In this document: positions 37,351 to 47,917 of the stretch, piece after piece
How the letters are laid out: every line of letters starts with the position of its first letter
How positions within the stretch are numbered: the stretch's first letter is position 1
Source of the DNA: Candidatus Epulonipiscium sp.
Lineage (GTDB): Bacteria; Bacillota; Clostridia; Lachnospirales; JAAYNZ01
Assembly: GCA_012524135.1 (NCBI GenBank)
Contig: JAAYSE010000127.1
Span: forward strand, 1 to 57,832
Direction of reading: 5' to 3'
DNA length: 57,832 nucleotides
Translations under genes and position numbers: made by a program
Notes under the pieces: model-generated
Database searches by the model: none
What the model was told of the DNA's origin: nothing
The model's input: the letters and a program-made list of their open reading frames with translations, nothing else

Positions 37351-38676
37351 ATGACATCAAAAATAAAACCTAAAAAAAGGATATTAAAAACTATTGTTTC
37401 TTTTTTTCTTCTTGTGATCGTTGTTGCAATTTTTTCAGTTCCTTTATTTTTAGTTCCTGAAGAGTTACGAATGATAGCAGGTATCGATCATAAATTTCAG
37501 CTAAATCTTCCAGTACAAGCTAAAATTATACCTGCAAAAGAAGGAGTATTAAAAGTAAATAATAAACCTGTAACAGATAATATTAATATTAGTTTACGTA
37601 AACCTTTTATTATGGAATCTTCTGAAACAGGTACACTAGATATGTATCTTCATTTATTTGGAATGATTCCCATTAAAAAAATGACGGTCGACATCATGCC
37701 TAATATAAAATTAATTCCTTGTGGAAAAACAGTAGCTGTACGCATTCAGACAGATGGAATTATGGTTTTAGGTACTGGAGTTGTTCATGGTTCAAATGGT
37801 GAAATTTATGAACCAAGTAAAGGAATTTTAGAATCTGGAGATCTAATATTAGAGATAAATGAGATTCCAATAAATACAATACAACAATTAATTGAAATGA
37901 TTAATAACTCTTCTGAAAAGCCTTTAAAAATAAAAATAAAAAGAGAAGAAGAATTGATTGAAACATTGATTCAGCCTGTAAAAAGTGAAGATCAACGAAC
38001 ATACAAACTTGGAGTTTGGGTTCGAGATAGTACTCAAGGAATTGGTACCGTTACTTATATTAATCCTAATACAATGACATATGGAGCATTAGGACATGGA
38101 ATTACTGATATTGATACAAAACAATTAATACCTATTCGCACAGGAACAATTATGGAAACGGAAATTACATCTATTCGCAAAGGTAAGAAAGGATTACCAG
38201 GAGAATTAAGTGGAACAATTATAGAAACTTCAGACACAATACTTGGTAATGTTGATGCAAATACTCAGCAAGGAATTTTTGGTGTTTTAAATTTAGATCA
38301 AGAAGATGTTTTAGATTATTCTTGTTATCCTATTGGTTTACAACATGAAGTAGAAGAGGGACCGGCTATTATACGTACCAACATATCCGGAAGCACTATT
38401 GAAGAATTTACAATTGATATTCAAAAAATTATTCGATATCATGATAATATAGGAAAAGGAATGATTATTAAGATTACGGATCCACGGTTATTAAGTCAAA
38501 CTAATGGTATAATACAAGGAATGAGTGGGAGTCCTATTATCCAAAATGATAAAATTATTGGTGCTGTTACTCATGTATTTGTTCAAGAACCATCGAAAGG
38601 ATATGGTATATTTATTGAAAATATGCTTAAAAGGGAGAAAGATATGGAAAATACTGGTAAAATTGCAATTAAGTAA
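37351..38676 (+). CDS. spoIVB: SpoIVB signalling serine peptidase (S55)
   Basis: N-terminal TM, PDZ-like ESGDLILEINEIPINTIQQL, and catalytic region GMSGSPIIQNDKIIGAVTHVF. ATG 37351 chosen over TTG 37273. Confidence 0.85.
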   Translation: MTSKIKPKKRILKTIVSFFLLVIVVAIFSVPLFLVPEELRMIAGIDHKFQLNLPVQAKIIPAKEGVLKVNNKPVTDNINISLRKPFIMESSETGTLDMYLHLFGMIPIKKMTVDIMPNIKLIPCGKTVAVRIQTDGIMVLGTGVVHGSNGEIYEPSKGILESGDLILEINEIPINTIQQLIEMINNSSEKPLKIKIKREEELIETLIQPVKSEDQRTYKLGVWVRDSTQGIGTVTYINPNTMTYGALGHGITDIDTKQLIPIRTGTIMETEITSIRKGKKGLPGELSGTIIETSDTILGNVDANTQQGIFGVLNLDQEDVLDYSCYPIGLQHEVEEGPAIIRTNISGSTIEEFTIDIQKIIRYHDNIGKGMIIKITDPRLLSQTNGIIQGMSGSPIIQNDKIIGAVTHVFVQEPSKGYGIFIENMLKREKDMENTGKIAIK

Positions 38677-38707
38677 GTAAAACGTCTAAAGCAGCCGATA
38701 TTTCTTA

Positions 38708-38736
38708 TTGATTTTATTAGACTTCAAACGTATAAT
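38708..38736 (+). promoter_or_regulatory. Candidate sigma-A-type promoter upstream of spo0A
   Basis: TTGATT, 17 nt, TATAAT. Confidence 0.45.
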
Positions 38737-38810
38737 ATACATTGATGTGTAAAAAAGTAATTTTATTACTTTTGAAATAATTTATACAAAAGAATGAGGG
38801 GGATTTTGAA

Positions 38811-39611
38811 GTGAAAAATAATTGTATTCGTATTGTTGTAGCAGATGATAACCAAGATTTTTGTGAAGTTTTGACGGAATATTTAAACAATCAAGAGGAC
38901 ATGAAAGTAGTAGGAATTGCTTCAAATGGCTTAGAAGCTTGTGATTTGATTGTGAATGAACAACCAGATGTAGTCATTTTAGATATTATTATGCCTCATT
39001 TAGATGGAATTGGTGTATTAGAAAAAATGAGAGATTTAAATCTTCAAAAACGACCTGTTTCTATTATTTTATCTGCTGTTGGACAAGATAAAATTACAGA
39101 AAGAGCCCTTAATTTAGGTGCAGAATATTATATTATTAAACCTTTTGATATGGAAACATTAATGACTCGTATACGCCAATTAAAAGGGAAACATGAAATT
39201 ATTCGTAGTAGTAGTACCATTCTTCATTCAAATAAGAATTCTTATATACCATCTGCGCGTAGTTTAGAAACAGAAGTTACAAATATTATTCATGAGATTG
39301 GTATTCCTGCTCATATTAAAGGCTATCAATATTTACGTGATGCAATTATTATGGCAATTAATGATATGGATATTTTAAATTCGATTACTAAGCAGTTGTA
39401 TCCTTCCATTGCAAAACAATATAATACAACTCCTAGTAGAGTAGAACGCGCTATTCGACATGCAATAGAAGTTGCTTGGAGTAGGGGAAAAGTAGATACT
39501 ATTGATCGTTTATTTGGATATACAGTAAATAATGGTAAAGGGAAACCTACGAATAGCGAATTTATCGCTTTAATATCAGATCGATTACGATTGGAATTAA
39601 ATGTAGGATAA
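38811..39611 (+). CDS. spo0A: Sporulation master regulator Spo0A
   Basis: Receiver domain IRIVVADDN...[14 protein letters not shown] and the hallmark C-terminal DNA-binding region [15 protein letters not shown]...[18 protein letters not shown] start after GAGGGGGA. Confidence 0.95.
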   Translation: MKNNCIRIVVADDNQDFCEVLTEYLNNQEDMKVVGIASNGLEACDLIVNEQPDVVILDIIMPHLDGIGVLEKMRDLNLQKRPVSIILSAVGQDKITERALNLGAEYYIIKPFDMETLMTRIRQLKGKHEIIRSSSTILHSNKNSYIPSARSLETEVTNIIHEIGIPAHIKGYQYLRDAIIMAINDMDILNSITKQLYPSIAKQYNTTPSRVERAIRHAIEVAWSRGKVDTIDRLFGYTVNNGKGKPTNSEFIALISDRLRLELNVG

Positions 39612-39761
39612 GATAGGAATTATAAGGATTTTAAGACATGGATATATTTTACACATAATCGTATATACCAATAAAGAATAATTGGATATCTATAAATAAC
39701 TTTTTGAATAGCAATAAATAATTTTCTTTATTACAAATAACTTTTTTATTTAGTTAAAATA

Positions 39762-39836
39762 AAAAAGGTTCTATAAAAAATGTTGACGAGATAAAGTTTG
39801 TTTTATTTACTCCAACGTTTATTATAGAACCTTTTT
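39762..39836. terminator. Long inverted repeat / bidirectional terminator between convergent spo0A and rqcH
   Basis: 15-nt perfect arms AAAAAGGTTCTATAA (39762-39776) and TTATAGAACCTTTTT (39822-39836). Further imperfect pairing lies inside. A-run and T-run flanks fit either strand. Confidence 0.45.
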
Positions 39837-39847
39837 AATTTATTATT

Positions 39848-41608
39848 TTATAGAACCAGTAAGTGATTAACTAAAAATTCATCGGGAGTAACATAAATAG
39901 TTTTATTTTTTTCATAAATAACAAAGCCTGGTTTTGAACCATTTGGTTTTTTTACAAATTTACGAAAGGTATAATCAACAGGTACATTACTTGAATTTTT
40001 AGCTTTACTATAATAGGCTGCAATATGTGCGGCTTGTAGAATGGTATTTTCAGGTATTTCACGTTGATTTGTTTTTACAATCACATGAGAACCTGGAATA
40101 TCTTTCGTGTGAAGCCATAAGTCAGTCATATGAGCTAATTTCATTGTTAATTCATCATTTTGATAGTTGTTTTTTCCAACCCATATTTCAAAACCTTCAG
40201 TAGATTTAAAATGCAATGGTTTTCCTTTTGTCTTTCTTTGTTTTTGATTCTTTTTTTTCTTTTTTCGTATATATCCTTGTTCCAGTAGTTCTTGACGAAT
40301 TTGTAATATATCTCCTTCTTCGGTGGCGGATTGTATAGAATTTAGAATACTTTCTAGATATTGAATTTCTTCTTCTGTTTCTTTTAATTGTTTTGTAGTA
40401 GCTGCAAAAGTTCTTTTAGCTTTATTATATTTAGAAAAATATTTTTGAGCATTTTGTGCAGGTGTTAGAGTGGGATCTAATGAAATAGTGATATTCTCTT
40501 GATTTTCATCATAATAATTCCTAACGACAATGGAAGAAGAACCAGATACAATTTGATAAATATTAGCAGTTAATAATTCTCCTTTTACTTTCCATTCATT
40601 TCTACGTTTAGTATCATGGAGTTTCTGTAATTGTAAATCTTTTTTCTTAAAACACCGTTCAAGATTTGTATGAATGTTTTTCTTTAAATCAGATGTTTTT
40701 TGTTGAAGACGGGTTTGTAAATCTTTTTTTAGATAAAAATGTTCGACTACTTCAGATATATTATTTTTATACGAAATTTCATATGGAGTATAATGATATA
40801 ATGAGAACGAAGCAAATTCAATCATTTGTCCTTTTTCATTTTGAATTAAATTGGGTTGAAAAATGTTTGCTTTTATTTGTGACATAAGATCAATAAAATG
40901 TTTTGTTATTTGATGTTTTTGTTCTTCGTTTAATTGTGAAACTAAAATAGATCCATCTATTTGAGAACGAAAACAGATTTCAGAAGCAACGACAGGACTG
41001 ATTCCAGAATAAGACTGATAAATGGCTTTTTGAATAGGAACATTTTGTTTTTGTTCAATCTTATTAAAAAATGTTTGTTTAGTAGATTTTAATGGATTCT
41101 CTTTATTTTGAGACGGAGGTAAGGTATAATAAGAATTAGGTAGAACTTGGCGAATAGAGCTCATTTCTTTTGTAACATGTTTAATGCTGTCAAGGATTTT
41201 GTTATTTTGATCAATAAGAATAATATTACTATGTCTACCCATCATTTCGATAATTAATTCTTTAGAACAAAGATCTCCTAATTCATTAAAGCCTTCTACG
41301 ATTATTTTAATAATTCTTTCAAAAGAAGGTTGTTGAATATCTGTAATTGTATATCCAATTAAATGTTTGCGTAAAAGCATACAAAACATAGGAGGGTTCA
41401 TAGGATTTTCTTTGTTTTGTGTAGTTAAATGAATGCGAGGATGATTAGGTTGTGCTGTTAAAAGTAATCGATATTGTTTGCCTTTTTGTCGAAGTAATAA
41501 AATTATTTCTTCTGATTCAGGTTGGTATACTTTATCAATTCTTGCATTTAATAATTTATTTTGTAATTCCCATTTTATATTTGATAGAACGATACCATCT
41601 AATGCCAT
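39848..41608 (-). CDS. rqcH: NFACT-family ribosome quality-control protein RqcH (FbpA-like)
   Basis: NFACT-N MALDGIVLSNIKWELQNKLLNARIDKVYQP, a coiled-coil middle, and NFACT-R/DUF814 DLWLHTKDIPGSHVIV. Confidence 0.85.
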   Translation of the reverse strand: MALDGIVLSNIKWELQNKLLNARIDKVYQPESEEIILLLRQKGKQYRLLLTAQPNHPRIHLTTQNKENPMNPPMFCMLLRKHLIGYTITDIQQPSFERIIKIIVEGFNELGDLCSKELIIEMMGRHSNIILIDQNNKILDSIKHVTKEMSSIRQVLPNSYYTLPPSQNKENPLKSTKQTFFNKIEQKQNVPIQKAIYQSYSGISPVVASEICFRSQIDGSILVSQLNEEQKHQITKHFIDLMSQIKANIFQPNLIQNEKGQMIEFASFSLYHYTPYEISYKNNISEVVEHFYLKKDLQTRLQQKTSDLKKNIHTNLERCFKKKDLQLQKLHDTKRRNEWKVKGELLTANIYQIVSGSSSIVVRNYYDENQENITISLDPTLTPAQNAQKYFSKYNKAKRTFAATTKQLKETEEEIQYLESILNSIQSATEEGDILQIRQELLEQGYIRKKKKKNQKQRKTKGKPLHFKSTEGFEIWVGKNNYQNDELTMKLAHMTDLWLHTKDIPGSHVIVKTNQREIPENTILQAAHIAAYYSKAKNSSNVPVDYTFRKFVKKPNGSKPGFVIYEKNKTIYVTPDEFLVNHLLVL

Positions 41609-41732
41609 AGTTATTCCTCCAATTTTATATTAAACAACATGGACGGATGAAAAACTGACTCAATCCATGATAAGGTTAGTATATCATTTTTTACAAATAG
41701 ATAAAAGTACTTTTCAATTCGATTGGCAGATA

Positions 41733-41761
41733 TTGACTTACTTTAATGAGTAGGTTATAAT
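41733..41761 (+). promoter_or_regulatory. Candidate sigma-A promoter (yicC-remA-gmk-rpoZ)
   Basis: TTGACT, 17 nt, TATAAT, about 40 nt upstream of the yicC start. Confidence 0.5.
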
Positions 41762-41800
41762 ACCACAATAGAATTGATCTATTCAGAAAGAGATGATATG

Positions 41801-42679
41801 ATGATTCGAAGTATGACTGGATTTGGTAGGGGCGAATATAATAAAGATCAACGAAAGTTTACTGTTGAAATACGAACCGTAAATCATAGGTATGGTGATA
41901 TTAATATTAAATTACCTAAAACTATGGTATCTCTTGAAGAAAATATACGTAATTATATAAAAGAGAAAATAACTCGTGGGAAAATAGATATTTATGTTGG
42001 ATTTGAAAGTTATTCCAAAGAAGATATCGAATTGAAATTAAACACTGCTTTAGCCGATATTTATACCGATAAATTAAATGAAATTAAACAAAGATATAAA
42101 ATTTCTGATGATATTACACTATCATTGGTTGCTAAATTTCCAGATGTTATTACTGTTGAACATACTGTAGGTAATAAAGAATGGTTGTGGGATCTATTAC
42201 AACCTGCTTTATATGATGCATTAAATGAATGCATGAGTATGCGAGAAAAAGAAGGAACTTTATTAAAAAATAATATTTTAAACAAACTTGTAATCATACA
42301 AGAAACATTAAATAAAATAAAAAAGCAAGCTCCTCTTGTTGTATTAGAATATAGACAAAAATTAGAAAATCGTTTAAAAGAACTTATTCATGATCAAGAT
42401 ATTGATGACAGTCGATTAGCTACAGAAATAGCTTTATTTGCTGATCGTTGTAGTATTGATGAAGAAATTGTAAGATTAGAAAGTCATATTCTTCAAATGA
42501 ACGATATTTTAAATACTGGAGATATTGTAGGCCGAAAATTAGATTTTTTAGCACAAGAAATGAATCGAGAAGCTAATACAATTGCTTCTAAAGCGAATAA
42601 TATTTTAATCACAAAAGGTGCTATTGATTTAAAAAATGAAATTGAAAAAATTCGAGAACAAATCCAGAATATCGAGTAA
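41801..42679 (+). CDS. yicC: YicC-family stress-induced protein (YloC-like)
   Basis: MIRSMTGFGRGE N-terminus and C-terminal LDFLAQEMNREANTIASKA. Alternative starts are 41798 and TTG 41774. Confidence 0.85.
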   Translation: MIRSMTGFGRGEYNKDQRKFTVEIRTVNHRYGDINIKLPKTMVSLEENIRNYIKEKITRGKIDIYVGFESYSKEDIELKLNTALADIYTDKLNEIKQRYKISDDITLSLVAKFPDVITVEHTVGNKEWLWDLLQPALYDALNECMSMREKEGTLLKNNILNKLVIIQETLNKIKKQAPLVVLEYRQKLENRLKELIHDQDIDDSRLATEIALFADRCSIDEEIVRLESHILQMNDILNTGDIVGRKLDFLAQEMNREANTIASKANNILITKGAIDLKNEIEKIREQIQNIE

Positions 42680-42718
42680 ATCAATAAAATATAAAACAAA
42701 AAACAAGGAGGCATTAGT

Positions 42719-42994
42719 ATGGAAATTAAATTAATTAATATTGGGTTTGGAAATATTGTATCAGCAAATCGCTTAGTAGCCATTGTAAGCCCCGAGTCAG
42801 CACCTATTAAACGTATTATCCAAGAAGCTAGAGATAAAGGTATGTTGATTGATGCTACCTATGGTAGAAGAACAAGAGCAGTTATTATTACAGATAGTGA
42901 ACATATTATTTTATCAGCCGTGCAACCAGAAACAGTAGCACATCGTTTAAATTTTAAAAATCAAGATACAGATGCAGAAGAAATTGAAGAATAG
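42719..42994 (+). CDS. remA: RemA/DUF370-family biofilm regulator
   Basis: [56 protein letters not shown]. Confidence 0.85.
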   Translation: MEIKLINIGFGNIVSANRLVAIVSPESAPIKRIIQEARDKGMLIDATYGRRTRAVIITDSEHIILSAVQPETVAHRLNFKNQDTDAEEIEE

Positions 42995-43008
42995 ACAGGT
43001 GATTTAGA

Positions 43009-43620
43009 GTGCAGAATAGTCATAAAGGAATTCTTATTGTTATATCGGGGTTTTCAGGATCAGGAAAAGGAACCGTTATTCATGAACTGATGAAAAATCC
43101 TAGATATGCTCTTTCCATTTCTGCTACGACTCGTAAACCACGCGTTGGGGAAGAGGAAGGTGTTCATTATTTTTTTAAAAGTAAACAGGAATTTCAATCG
43201 ATGATTGAACATAAAGAATTACTAGAGTGGGCAATATTTTGTGATAATTATTATGGAACACCTAGACAATATGTAGAAGAGCAGCTGTTTAATGGAAAAG
43301 ATGTAATATTAGAAATTGAAGTACAGGGAGCTTTGCAGATAAAGGAAATTTTTCCTGAATGCGTTTTAGTTTTTCTCACTCCTCCTAGTTTTGATATATT
43401 AAGACAACGCTTAGAACAACGAAAGACAGAAAATGCTTCTATAATTGAAAAACGTTTATATCGTGCAAAAGAGGAACTGGAATTTATGTATGATTATGAT
43501 TATATTGTAATTAATGATATTCTTTCCGAAACGATTATAAATGTTAAAAATATTATACAAGCAGAACATTGTAAAACTGCTAGAAATCAAATATTTATAG
43601 AAAAATTAAAAGGAGAGTGA
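43009..43620 (+). CDS. gmk: Guanylate kinase
   Basis: P-loop GFSGSGKGTV and ATTRKPRVGEEEGVHYFF. GTG start after AGGTGA. Confidence 0.9.
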   Translation: MQNSHKGILIVISGFSGSGKGTVIHELMKNPRYALSISATTRKPRVGEEEGVHYFFKSKQEFQSMIEHKELLEWAIFCDNYYGTPRQYVEEQLFNGKDVILEIEVQGALQIKEIFPECVLVFLTPPSFDILRQRLEQRKTENASIIEKRLYRAKEELEFMYDYDYIVINDILSETIINVKNIIQAEHCKTARNQIFIEKLKGE

Positions 43621-43626
43621 TATTTG

Positions 43627-43860
43627 ATGCTAAGACCTTCTTACGCTGATTTAATGGATGTTTTAAATAAAAGTAATCAAAAGGAACATCATCCTATGAT
43701 TAATAGTAGGTATTCAGTTGTTATTGCAGCTGCAAAAAGAGCTAGACAACTAATTGATGGAAGTAAATCACCTATTGCTGATGAAATAAAAAAACCCTTA
43801 TCTACAGCTATTCAAGAATTATATGAAGGACATGTTCAGGTAATAATTAAAGATAAATAA
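43627..43860 (+). CDS. rpoZ: RNA polymerase omega subunit
   Basis: MLRPSYADLMD...NSRYSVVIAAAKRARQL. TTG 43624 is an alternative start. Confidence 0.9.
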   Translation: MLRPSYADLMDVLNKSNQKEHHPMINSRYSVVIAAAKRARQLIDGSKSPIADEIKKPLSTAIQELYEGHVQVIIKDK

Positions 43861-43877
43861 ATCAGGACTATAATAAA

Positions 43878-43905
43878 ACACCCATCTTTTCATAGGGTGT
43901 TTTTA
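43878..43905 (+). terminator. Rho-independent terminator after rpoZ
   Basis: Stem ACACCC/GGGTGT, extendable through the flanking A/T runs, with a T-tract. Confidence 0.6.
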
Positions 43906-43927
43906 CCTTATAAAGGATGAATTAATA

Positions 43928-46399
43928 ATGAGTCAAAAACTTTATGCAGAAGTTATTGTAGATATTGCTCATGAAAAAGTAGATCGCATTTTTCATTATT
44001 CTATTCCTGAAACTTTCCAATTTTTAATACAGATAGGAATGAGAGTTTTAGTACCTTTTGGACGATCTAATAAAAAAATGGAAGGCTATGTTTTAGGATT
44101 TACTTCTCAAAGTAATGTAGAAACCAAAAAAATAAAAAATATTTTACAAGTTGTTGACGATGTCCCAATTTTGAATTCAGAAATGATAGAATTGGTAAAA
44201 TGGATGAAAGAACAATATCAATGTACGTTAATTGAATGTATTCATTGTATACTTCCTTCTGGAATCCAAGTTAAAAGTCAGTGGGTTATTGTATTGCCTA
44301 AAAATATTTCTCTTTTTAAAAGTGAGATTTTACAGCTTCCAACGAAAGCCCAATTAGTTTTAAAATATATTTATGAACAAGGTAATGAAGTTCCATTAAA
44401 AGATTTAGAAAATATATTTGGCCCCTCTATTAATAATATCATTTATACTTTACGAAAAAAGAAACTACTTTTTCAAAAATCTATTCCTAAAGTAAAAAAT
44501 TTAAAGAAAAAAATAAAAGTAGCTTCTTTGATATCTCTTAAAATAGCAAGAAAAGCATATCAAGAATGTAAAGAAAAAAAATATTTTGCCCAAGCAAGAA
44601 TTTTAGATTTTTTAATTCAAAATAATCAGGCTCCTTTAAGTGAAATTAAACAAGTATTACAAGTTTCTGATTCTTCCTTTCGTTCTTTAGAAAAAAAGGG
44701 AGTAATTATGATTGAAGAGGTAGAAGTAAAACGTGTACCTTATTTAGGTGGACCTAAGATAGAAGAACAAAATTTTATTCCTACTCAAGAGCAACAAAAT
44801 GTGATACAATATATAGAAAAAGAATTGGATAGAGACAAGTCAAAAACAATACTTTTACATGGTGTTACAGGTAGTGGAAAAACAGAAGTATATTTGCAAA
44901 TTATTGATAAATTGTTGCAACAAGGAAAGCAAGCGATTGTTCTAGTCCCTGAAATTTCATTGACTCCACAGATTACCCAACGTTTTATTCAACGTTTTGG
45001 GGAACAAGTAGCTTTTACTCATAGTAAATTATCAATAGGAGAACGATATGATCAATGGAGAAGAGCAAAAGAAGGGGAAGTATCTATTATGGTAGGTCCA
45101 CGTTCTGCAGTATTTACTCCTTTTTCTTCTTTAGGGCTTATTATTATAGATGAAGAACATGAGACAACATATAAGTCGGAGACAACTCCTAAATACCATG
45201 CTAGAGAAATTGCACAAAAGCGTTGTGAAATAAATCATGGAATTGTTTTATTAGGTTCAGCAACTCCAACTATGGAAAGTTATTTTTTAGCAAAAAAAGG
45301 ATGCTATCAATTATTGACTATGAAAAAAAGAGCTACCATTCATTCGCTTCCAGATGTTCATATCGTAGATATGCGTGAAGAATTAATGGAAGGAAATCGC
45401 TCGATGTTTAGTAAAGATTTATATAAGAATATTAAAACAAACTTAGAAAATAAAGAACAAACCATTCTTTTTTTAAATCGTCGAGGACATTCGACTTTTA
45501 TTTCTTGTAGAAATTGTGGATTTGTCGCAAAATGTTCAAAATGTAATATTGCTTACACTTATCATACTTCTGGATCTTTATTAAAATGTCATTATTGTGG
45601 AGAACAAAAGAAAAGTCCTCGTATTTGTCCTCAATGTGGCTCGAGTTATATACGTTTTTTTGGTACAGGAACCCAAAAAGTGGAAGAAGAAACAAAAAAA
45701 TTATTTCCTAAAGCTCGTATTTTACGTATGGATCTAGATACTACTGCAGGGAAATATGGACATACAAAAATTCTAAGTCAATTTTATAGAGGTGAGGGAG
45801 ATATTTTAATTGGTACTCAGATGATTGCAAAAGGACATGATTTTCCTAAAGTAACATTAGTAGGTGTTTTAGCTGCAGATACTATGTTGTATATGGAAGA
45901 TTTTAGGAGTTCGGAAAGAACCTTTCAGCTGTTAACTCAAGTTTCGGGTAGAGCAGGACGAGGAAATCAAAAGGGACGGGTATATATACAAACGTATACA
46001 CCTGAACATTATAGTATTCAAACAGCAAAAGATCAAAATTATGAAAAATTTTATGAACATGAACTTATATTCAGGCAAGAAATGGAGTACCCTCCCTATA
46101 GTTATTTATATTCTATATTATTATCCGGTAAAAAAGAAAAAAAAGTTATTCAAACAGCTTTTCGTTTAGCTGAATTCTTTCATAGTTATGATCCAAAACA
46201 AGAATATCAAATTATTGGACCTAGTCCAGCAGTATTATCGAAAATTAATAATGAATATCGTTGGCGCATTATAATTAAACATAAAAATCAAACTTTATTG
46301 TCAAAATATGCGTATAATGGTATTAATCAATATTTACAAACCGAAAATATACAAGATGTTCAAATTTATAGAGATTTGAATCCTGTAATAATGTATTAG
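43928..46399 (+). CDS. priA: Primosomal replication-restart helicase PriA
   Basis: Walker A GVTGSGKTEVY, DEEHE box, and Cys-rich Zn region CRNCG..C.KC...C.YCG...CP.CG. Confidence 0.9.
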   Translation: MSQKLYAEVIVDIAHEKVDRIFHYSIPETFQFLIQIGMRVLVPFGRSNKKMEGYVLGFTSQSNVETKKIKNILQVVDDVPILNSEMIELVKWMKEQYQCTLIECIHCILPSGIQVKSQWVIVLPKNISLFKSEILQLPTKAQLVLKYIYEQGNEVPLKDLENIFGPSINNIIYTLRKKKLLFQKSIPKVKNLKKKIKVASLISLKIARKAYQECKEKKYFAQARILDFLIQNNQAPLSEIKQVLQVSDSSFRSLEKKGVIMIEEVEVKRVPYLGGPKIEEQNFIPTQEQQNVIQYIEKELDRDKSKTILLHGVTGSGKTEVYLQIIDKLLQQGKQAIVLVPEISLTPQITQRFIQRFGEQVAFTHSKLSIGERYDQWRRAKEGEVSIMVGPRSAVFTPFSSLGLIIIDEEHETTYKSETTPKYHAREIAQKRCEINHGIVLLGSATPTMESYFLAKKGCYQLLTMKKRATIHSLPDVHIVDMREELMEGNRSMFSKDLYKNIKTNLENKEQTILFLNRRGHSTFISCRNCGFVAKCSKCNIAYTYHTSGSLLKCHYCGEQKKSPRICPQCGSSYIRFFGTGTQKVEEETKKLFPKARILRMDLDTTAGKYGHTKILSQFYRGEGDILIGTQMIAKGHDFPKVTLVGVLAADTMLYMEDFRSSERTFQLLTQVSGRAGRGNQKGRVYIQTYTPEHYSIQTAKDQNYEKFYEHELIFRQEMEYPPYSYLYSILLSGKKEKKVIQTAFRLAEFFHSYDPKQEYQIIGPSPAVLSKINNEYRWRIIIKHKNQTLLSKYAYNGINQYLQTENIQDVQIYRDLNPVIMY

Positions 46400-46421
46400 A
46401 ATTAGAATAGGAGGAAAATAA

Positions 46422-46874
46422 ATGGCATTACGAAATATTCGTGTGGATGAGGATGTAATTTTAAGAAAACGTTCAAGAGAAGTAGAAAAAATTACTTCCA
46501 ATATTTTAACATTGGTGGATGATATGATTGAAACTATGCATGAAGCGGATGGAGTAGGATTAGCAGCTCCTCAAGTAGGTATTTTAAAACGTATTATTAT
46601 TGTTGATATAGGTGAAGGTCCTATTGCTTTGATTAATCCTGAAATTATTAAGAAAAATGGAGAACAAATAGGTTCTGAAGGATGCTTAAGTGTTCCTGGA
46701 ACCTATGGAGAAGTAAAACGTCCTCAAACAATTATCGTAGAAGGTTTAAATCTTCAAGGTGAAAAGATTCAAATAAAAGCGGAGGATTTTTTAGCTAGGG
46801 CTTTTTGCCATGAGATAGATCATTTAAATGGTATTTTATTTACAGATAAAGTTATTCGATATATGGAAGACTAA
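46422..46874 (+). CDS. def: Peptide deformylase
   Basis: [16 protein letters not shown] and HEIDHLNG. Confidence 0.95.
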   Translation: MALRNIRVDEDVILRKRSREVEKITSNILTLVDDMIETMHEADGVGLAAPQVGILKRIIIVDIGEGPIALINPEIIKKNGEQIGSEGCLSVPGTYGEVKRPQTIIVEGLNLQGEKIQIKAEDFLARAFCHEIDHLNGILFTDKVIRYMED

Positions 46875-46957
46875 GAGAAATAGTATATATAATGAATACT
46901 ATATTTGTTAAAAAAATTTGTGAATACAAATTTTTAGTAAATAAAGGAGAGAATCAA

Positions 46958-47917
46958 ATGAATGTTATATTTATGGGGACCCCAGAATTTGCAGTGCCTT
47001 GTTTGCAAATGTTATTGGATTCACATCATAAAGTAACCGCTGTATTTACTCAACCAGATCGCCCAAAAGGACGAGGTAGACAATTAACTCCTCCACCAGT
47101 AAAAATATTAGCTCAACAACATCAGATTCCTATTTTTCAACCAGTAAAAATTAAAGATTCTGATATAGTGAAACAGTTACAAAATTTAAAACCAGATGTA
47201 ATAGTTGTAGTTGCTTATGGACAAATTTTATCTAAAGAAATTTTAGAAATACCATCTTATGGTTGTATTAATGTTCATGCTTCTTTACTTCCTAAATATC
47301 GTGGTGCTGCTCCCATTCAATGGGCTATTATCAATGGAGAAACTTCTACAGGAATTACTACTATGTATATGGATATAGGTTTAGATACAGGAGATATCAT
47401 TTTTCAAAAAAGTATTCCTATTACCTCAGATGATACAGCAGGTTCTTTACATGATAAACTAGCTAATGTAGGAGCAGAAGTATTGCATAATACTCTGTTA
47501 CAGGTAGAAGCAGGAACAGCTCCTAGAACAAAACAACAAGAAGAAGAGGCAACATACGCATCTATTTTGAAAAAATCTACTGGTCTTATTAATTGGAATC
47601 AATCAGCTTTACAGATTCAAAATTTTATTCGTGGATTGTCTCCTTGGCCCAGTGCCTATACTTATTATAAGAATAATATGATGAAAATTTGGGATGTCAA
47701 AATTACAAATAAAATAAATGAAAATAAAAATGTTCCAGGGCAAATTATTAATATTACAGAACAAGAAGTAGAAGTACAAACAGGAAATGGTACATTAATT
47801 TTAAAAGAAGTTCAATTACAAGGAAAACGTCGAATGACTATCCAAGAATTTCTAAGGGGTAATACAATAGAAATAAATACTGTTTTAGGCAAGAATAAAC
47901 ATGGATCAACAAAGTAA
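46958..47917 (+). CDS. fmt: Methionyl-tRNA formyltransferase
   Basis: MNVIFMGTPEFAVP and NVHASLLPKYRGAAPIQWAIINGE. ATG 46958 follows AAGGAGAG. Confidence 0.9.
   Translation: MNVIFMGTPEFAVPCLQMLLDSHHKVTAVFTQPDRPKGRGRQLTPPPVKILAQQHQIPIFQPVKIKDSDIVKQLQNLKPDVIVVVAYGQILSKEILEIPSYGCINVHASLLPKYRGAAPIQWAIINGETSTGITTMYMDIGLDTGDIIFQKSIPITSDDTAGSLHDKLANVGAEVLHNTLLQVEAGTAPRTKQQEEEATYASILKKSTGLINWNQSALQIQNFIRGLSPWPSAYTYYKNNMMKIWDVKITNKINENKNVPGQIINITEQEVEVQTGNGTLILKEVQLQGKRRMTIQEFLRGNTIEINTVLGKNKHGSTK

Noticed and set aside
38677-38810. Spo0A boxes (TGTCGAA/TTCGACA) and a sigma-H promoter upstream of spo0A
   Set aside because: No 7-mer within one mismatch of the 0A box was seen. No AGGA-type -35 lies at the right spacing from any GAAT. 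Only a sigma-A-like TTGATT-17-TATAAT element is supported.
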